Assembly: GCA_046563655.1 (NCBI GenBank)
Contig: CM102283.1
Span: 6,572,001-6,636,000, forward strand
From: Yuukianura sp. NJ FZ-2021
Lineage: Eukaryota
Direction: 5' to 3'
Length of the DNA stretch: 64,000 nt
Numbering within the stretch: the stretch's first letter is position 1; each line of letters begins with the position of its first letter. This document shows, piece by piece, positions 55,658-64,000 of the stretch. The notes below the pieces were generated by a model. The model did not search any database, had not been told where the DNA came from, and worked only from the letters and a program-made list of their open reading frames with translations. Position numbers and translations under genes: made by a program.

Positions 55658-58485
55658 TTTATTTGAGTATTTGAACAGAAAGTCCTTGATCGTTACATTC
55701 TGAGAAGTGAGTGTCTCGTTGACAGTGAAAGAATAATAAAAGTGGTTGTGATCAATAGGATACAATTGTGGAGAGACAGACAGCGTTTGTCCCTTGGACC
55801 ACTTTCACTTTCCAGTGCCCAAGAACAAAAATAACAGAAGAAAGGCAGCTCGTCGTCGGAATCCAATAATAATGAAATCAAGCGCCGCTTCCGAACCTTC
55901 CTCAAAATCCCCTCCGAGTCACATTGACAAGTAAACAGGGAAACCATTGATTAGGCTGCTTTCTCTTCAAATTCAATTCCCTTTTCAGCTTAGTCCTTAG
56001 TCCAAGGACACGCAAGGACCAAGCGGTGTTGTTTTTGGATCGCTGCAGAAACACCTTCGTACTGCAAATCTCAAAATGCTTAGAAATTTTCAATTTTATT
56101 TTCGACGTTGTTGAGAATTTGAAGAATCCAAGCCCTCGAGGGTTAAAAATTGGTGAAAGTTGGAGAAAGTCATCAACGGAATTCGTGCAGTTTTTGGGTT
56201 TGAGTGAATATTGTTTTTTGTACTAATGATGAGGTTTTAGAGAAAGAGCGTTTTGGCGGGAAAATGAATAAATTGTGGAGTTACATTTCCCTAAGAATTT
56301 CTCCTTCCCCTGCCCATAATTCATGTCTCCCTTGGTTCCATTTTGTTGAGTTTTCAGTTAGTACAAGGCAGAAGAGCCTTTTGAAAGTGGTGGGAAGTAA
56401 TGAATGGCGGATATGGTTGGGTCGTATATTTGGACATAATGGCCTCAAGGTGCTTGGCGATAAGACTTAATATCGGAGGAAGCTGCACCTTCATGAGTCT
56501 CTTCAACCAAACCTAACATTGGGTTTTATTAAGAGAAAGCGGGTTATTTCCTTTTGCAGGAGGAGGAGAAAGCATCAACGCCAAAGGGCCGCACACTTCG
56601 CACACACAAGGGCTTTGTATTCCACAGAATGACTAAGTCCCGCTTTATGTCCTTTGTGAAAGTAAGGGATGCTTTTCAAAAAAAAAAAGCGAAAAGAAAG
56701 AAAATTGGAAAAAGAAAGTGTCGTAAGTGTCACACAGCCGCTTTCACTTGTTTTGGAAATATGAAAAAGAAAAACATTTTTCTTTGAAAAAGGAAGAAAA
56801 GTTTTGAAAATTTACATTTAAATTTGCAATCTGCTAATTACATTTGTATACTTAAGTTCCAATTTCCAGTTTTCCTCGTTAGTACTAAAATAAAATTCTA
56901 ACTACAAGTCAAATTTTCAAAATTTTACTGACCTTCCAAATTTGGAAGCTATGGGAATGCACTGCATCAAATTTGGAGAGAAAAAATTATGAAATTATTT
57001 TTCAGAAGTTTTCATTTTTAAAATCTCCGAAGGCAAAGTGATGGAACTAAAAATTTTATTCTTCCTGTTTTTTAGACATGTAATTTTGTTTTTAATTTTT
57101 TGGCGCTCTACTACGACATGTCTTTTGAGTTTGCGTTTTGTGTAAGTTGTGGCGTGCTAATGAAAAAGTTGTCTTTTGACTTTTTGTGTGTTGAGCCTAT
57201 TCACTCCAAGTGGCTTTGCTGTTCCTGTTGATGTGTTTTCCCCATTTGTGCCTTATACTTTCCCCATTGTGATCTCTTTTGCGGTTGTCTTTTTGAATGG
57301 AAAGCTCCTTTTGATTTATTCTTCTCCACCACCACTTCTATACTTTTTTGAAACACTTTTCGGATGAAAAGCTGAGATAAGACGAGGAGGCTGTTTGGAC
57401 TTTGGCGGGAACGGGAACGAGCTCGTCTTCCCATTTCCGCCATTGAGACAAGAACAGCTTCATTTCATGTCAGGAGGAGATAAGGACCAGTCTCACTTTC
57501 CCCCACTTTCTCCCATTGTCGCCTCTACTAAAACTGGAGTCAATAACTTGGAGTCAAAAGAACAGTGGCTCTGGTCTATGTGTCAACTTTGGACAGACCA
57601 TTGTCAAGGGAGCTCCAGGACACTTCAAGGCAGCTCAAGTGCCTAGTTGCTTGTTATTCAGGATCCCCTTCCAGGAACAATGACAATGGTGACAAGACAC
57701 TCGCTTCACGCCTAGCCCCCTTCTATTATGGCCATTGTTCCACTTTTTTAGAAAAAAAAACAGACCCCACTGCTCACGTGCCAGTCATTTAGATTTTGAA
57801 AAGTGACAATTTCAAGGACTGGAAAATTGACTCTTGAAAAAAGTCAAAATTTTATTTCATTTAGATTTTCTTTCCCGACGTTTTTAGAATTCTGATGAAA
57901 TCTAATTTAAACAATGGTGAATAATTGACACAATTTTTTCTAGAAATTTCCAATTTATTTGTTTACTTTCAAATTCTACCTGAAACTAAAGCTGAAAGAT
58001 GACTAAAATTGTTATCTGCACTGTTCACACGCACAGTGGCGTCGCTCTGTACTTTAGTTTTTACTACAAAGCTAATCAGTAAGAAGCTCAAGAGCATGAA
58101 TGCTCTGAAGTACGCACTGACGACATAGGGCAGTAAAGTAACGTTTTAGCACAATTCCGCTTTTGTTTATTTAAAAAAAATTGTGACAGAAAATGACAAA
58201 AGAATTCAAATAAATAAAAGTTGAAGTCCAAGTTTTAAATTTAAAAATGCATGAAATTAAAAATTTAATTAACTCAATTAAAATAATTCAATCTTATTTT
58301 CAACCTTACTAATTAATGCGTACAGTTAAGTTTATTTATTAGCACTTTAATTTTATTTTGATTGTTTTTGAAACTCCCTGTGCTCTTGCAGATTTAAGTT
58401 AGGTTGGCTAACCTAATTTTAACACGTCATTGATAACATTAGGTTAATTTAGCAAATCTAACTTTTACAAATTAAGTTAAGTTTT

Positions 58486-60229
<1,744 letters not shown>

Positions 60230-62649
60230 TTAAACAATAGGAAATGTTTTCGTTAAAAACTTCTAGGAACACAATAGAAATCTCGAATGCCAATGACAAA
60301 GAATCTGAGTAAGTATTTTTTGTAGGTGGTCATCTCATATTGGTTGAGAGTTTCGTGTGACCTAATCTTGAAAACATTGTTTGAACATAGTTTATCTGGC
60401 ATTGAAACCTTGACTTTTTTAGTTTCATTTTAAACAAAGAACCTAGTGTTTTAAAGTGATAAAACAAGAAATGCAGGAGAATGGAGAATCTTGAGTAAAG
60501 AATAATAGGAGAATAAAGTGTCACAATCTTTTGTTTACTTTCACACCAACCTTAATTGTTCCAATAAACGAGTTCCGATTTCGTCAGAATTCTGTTTGCG
60601 TCACAAATTGTTCAGTTTGGCCAGAAAATCGTTTTTCCCAAATTCAGTTTCGTCAGAAAATTTCCCGTAGAAAGAAATTTCATTGGCGTGTGAGTGCGTT
60701 CTCCGAATTGTTTTTGGAAATTTTAATTGAAAATTTCGAAAAAATGGACAAAAATTTCTTGGAGCGTGTTGGTCTAAATGCTTGGGAAAAGATGTTCCTT
60801 TTAGCGTCTTGGTCTCAATTTTCGTGTATTTCGAGTGTGTGCTGGACTGGATCCGAATTCGGACTGATTCCGAATAGTTGAGATGCTATTGAATAAGGTT
60901 AAAAGGAAGAGACAGAGGAAGAATGAAAGTGTTGGGGATGATTGTTTGGGGTTTTGTTGAAATTGTGGATAATCGTGGATCCTCCCTTTGTGTATGTGGC
61001 GCAGACACTGAAAGGGGATGCGATCTTGTGCCTCTCCATTTGTTTCCATTGGTTCAAACCACCTTCCCTACTCCACAGTTCACAAAACCAACTCCGCCCC
61101 CACTATTACACGCTTCAAACAAAAGACTTTCTCTTCACTTTCTCCAGACATATCAAAATTCTGCTAAGGTTGGTCAAACAAAACGAGCTGGAAGTCTGCG
61201 AAGGCCTTCCGGGGTATCCAAATTTCCTAACCTTAAAAACTTCAAAATCCAATTAGCATCCAATGGACGAAGTGCTTCCCAAACGGGCACGCTGCTTAAA
61301 AAAAAAGTTTTTAACAAAAAAAAACTCGTAGTTTGAGGTTTCAGTTTCGGAAGTTTTTATGCCACTTTTATGAACTGTAGTTGAGTAAAATAAAACGATT
61401 TTTAACAGTTCGACTTGAGTAATTTTTTCGTGAAACAGAAAATTCTTGCAGAAAACTTCGAGCAGAATTAACAAAATCTAAACCTTGAACGTACCAAGGT
61501 AAAGCAAAAATTTTGGAATGAAGTTCTGAATCTGAATTCAATTTTACAGTAAAATTATGTCTTTTGTCTTCTCTATTTTTAAAAATTGAAACCTCGTGAC
61601 CTCGCAGTGGTCCAATATTATAGCAGTACATTCGGCAGCTGTCGAAGCAAATAGGCTAACAAACCGCCAGAAAATAGGATTTCTTTGTTCATTTATTGTC
61701 ATTGTCACTTGTGTCAATGGAAGTTTGTTGTTTAGGTTGAATTCGGAAGATACGTTCAGACCCTCTGGAGAATCCCATTGTCTCCCTTATAAATGTACTG
61801 ACACAATACAAGTGACAATGGAGGCTAGAAAGTAGAAGTGTCTCTGTACTGTAGCAAAGACAATCGTTTCAAATTCAATTCTCATTTTGAGAAAAGGGTG
61901 GATTCAGAAACACAATCAACAGCCCCAGTCTCTTCCAGATCCTGAATGGATTCATTAAGAACAAAGACTTGGAGGACCAACAGCATCCAATGGCAAACAG
62001 CATCCAATGGGAGAGCATAATGAGCCTAACATTGTTAGCCTAACAATGCCTCCCTTTGTCCCTTATAAGGGAATCCTCTGTTCCCCTCAACCTCCATTGT
62101 TGCCTCCATTGTTGAGCCAATTCTGTCCCTTTACTGCAGTGTCACTGAAAATTATATAAATAGAATACGTACAATGTCCAAATTCAACAATTGTATTGTA
62201 AAGTGCAGTATTCATATGTTATTGTGCTTTCAAAATTTTGATACATCGGATGTGTTTCATTTTATAATATTGTTCAGAAATAGAATTTTTGTGTGTTTCT
62301 AACACCTAATAAATCTAACTTTATATTTAATATCAAGGCCCATTCTAACAAGGCAGCCCTGAGCCCTTAGTCAGATCACAGCTTTTGTAATTAACACAAA
62401 ATTTTGGTCAAAACGTCCAAATTTTAAAAATCTGTTTGTTAAATCTACAAGTAAATTTTATGTAAATGAAATATTATACCAGTTATGTACCAAGTTTCCC
62501 GGAATGCTACGACAGCTACCAAAGAAGTTGTTGAATAGTACTAAAATTGGAACTATTCAATTAAACCCATAGTTAAAGTTTAAATTTTAGGTTCTAGGTT
62601 AGGGTTTTTACTTTTTAAGTGAGATTTTCTATAAGGCAGCGGTTACTGT

Positions 62650-64000
62650 TTAGTTGAGAAATTTTCGACATTTTTTGGTTCCACAAGAACAGGGAAGCTT
62701 GACTCCCTCTTCTTCAAATTTATAGTCGTAAGTCAATTCTTCGCCAGCGATTATCTTCCGAAGAGCCATTATCAAAATGTGCTTCTTTCCCAATATTTCA
62801 AGCGTCTTTGATCGACAGTTTGGCTACAAGGAAAAAATTAGAAAAAAAATAGTTAGTAATTTTGAAGTTATTCCAACAAGAGGAATGTTGAAGTTGATCG
62901 TCAAAATCAAAATTCACTTACATCACAAGAGTGATTGATGAATCGAGCAGCATTTCCTTTGAGAGTTGCATCAACCACCACACGGTCATCAATTCGAAAC
63001 ATGTAGCATCCAATACCTTTCGATTCGTAGTACTTCTCGCGTAAGTCACATAAAACAGGACGGATAACCTAAAACATCAAACAGATTTCCAAAAAATTGT
63101 ATTAGTTTTAAACTATTTTACGAGTTGGGTGTGAACTTCACCTCTCCAGCATATTCGATGATGACATCTCCAGCTTCAATCTCTTTCGTTGTAAACAGTC
63201 CGCGTCCATGAATGCTTGACCAAAACACGTTCAAGTGCTTCGTTCCAAACTTGATCATGTTTCGATACTTCATGGCCATCGGCAGGCTCCCGCCCTTCTT
63301 CTCAGAGCTGTTTAACATAAGAACAATTCGATAATTAGAAGTGAAATTAAGGTTTCACCAGAGTTTTCATTTTGAAATTTAAAAATAGTTTAAACTTACA
63401 TTCTAGAAGACACTGCTGGAACTTCCGGCTGACGATGTTTAGAAGCCAACCATCCAAACATATCAAAAGGCTTTCTGCCACTAAATCCTTCACTTCGAGC
63501 TGCTCCAGTAGGATTCTCAACTACTGGTGAATCTTCAATAGATGCCTTGGGTGGTTCTTGAAATTTAAAAACATGGCCTTCCTTTGCGGCATTTTTCACA
63601 CCAGGGAGTTGCTCCAGAAGAAACTGAACTGCACGATGAGTTAGCCCAAGTTTATTGAAACTTGCAGCAGCTTCTCTTTTGTTTTCTAAAAAAAAAAACA
63701 CAAATTTCGTAAACTCAAATTCAGGTATAGATTAAAATCCAACGTTTTATATACCTGGAAGAGAAATGTTAGTTGCCGGATAAGACAGTGGTGGCAAATT
63801 ATGATTTCGTCTAGTTCCTTGGACACGTTCCAAAATGTATCCCCATACGGCTCTCACGTCGCATGATTTGTACTGTACTTTGTCATCAATTTTGACTTCA
63901 TAGACAATAACTGCACGATGAGTCTGCAAAAATAAACAAAATTATAATTTTAGTTGTAATAACACTTTAAAACGTTTTTTAAATCTTTACCAGCCGCAGA
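62650..64000 (-). CDS. trx: Histone H3K4 methyltransferase trithorax/KMT2A-B, 3' part (FYRC, Win motif, SET, post-SET); gene continues beyond the window
   Basis: FYRC ([10 protein letters not shown]), [71 protein letters not shown]. Six exon segments are visible. Confidence 0.95.

Noticed and set aside
49700-57400. Numerous 60-110 aa ORFs in the long intergenic tract
   Set aside because: Phe/Lys/Leu-rich translations of AT-rich DNA, often with non-ATG starts, with no motifs or consistent splice structure.

Overview
Gene-dense, AT-rich eukaryotic DNA with short GT-AG introns and scattered TTAGG/AACCT motifs. It is an arthropod, plausibly a soil hexapod such as a springtail (inference). Splicing exons by eye gives, in order: a 90-aa secreted peptide (-); a somatomedin-B-domain family-B GPCR (+); IP3 3-kinase (+); Abl kinase (-) with five consecutive micro-exons; adenylate kinase 1 (-) with two candidate first exons; and a ~16.7-kb WAP-CCP-Ig gene (+) that appears to encode Hasp/LEV-9 and Hikaru genki as one cleavable polyprotein. 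That gene has a duplicated exon pair, a nested antisense 48-aa smORF and two MITEs with TSDs. Downstream are a beta-defensin-like 6-Cys peptide (-), a Cys-rich secreted protein (+), two tandem fungal-type NAD(P)-dependent epimerases (-, likely HGT), a prepropeptide ending in MRLRWG-stop (-, candidate RLRW-amide neuropeptide), Sox21a-like (-) and the 3' end of trithorax (-). No rRNA, tRNA or CRISPR was seen. Exon boundaries were read manually and family calls are from motif recognition, not database searches.
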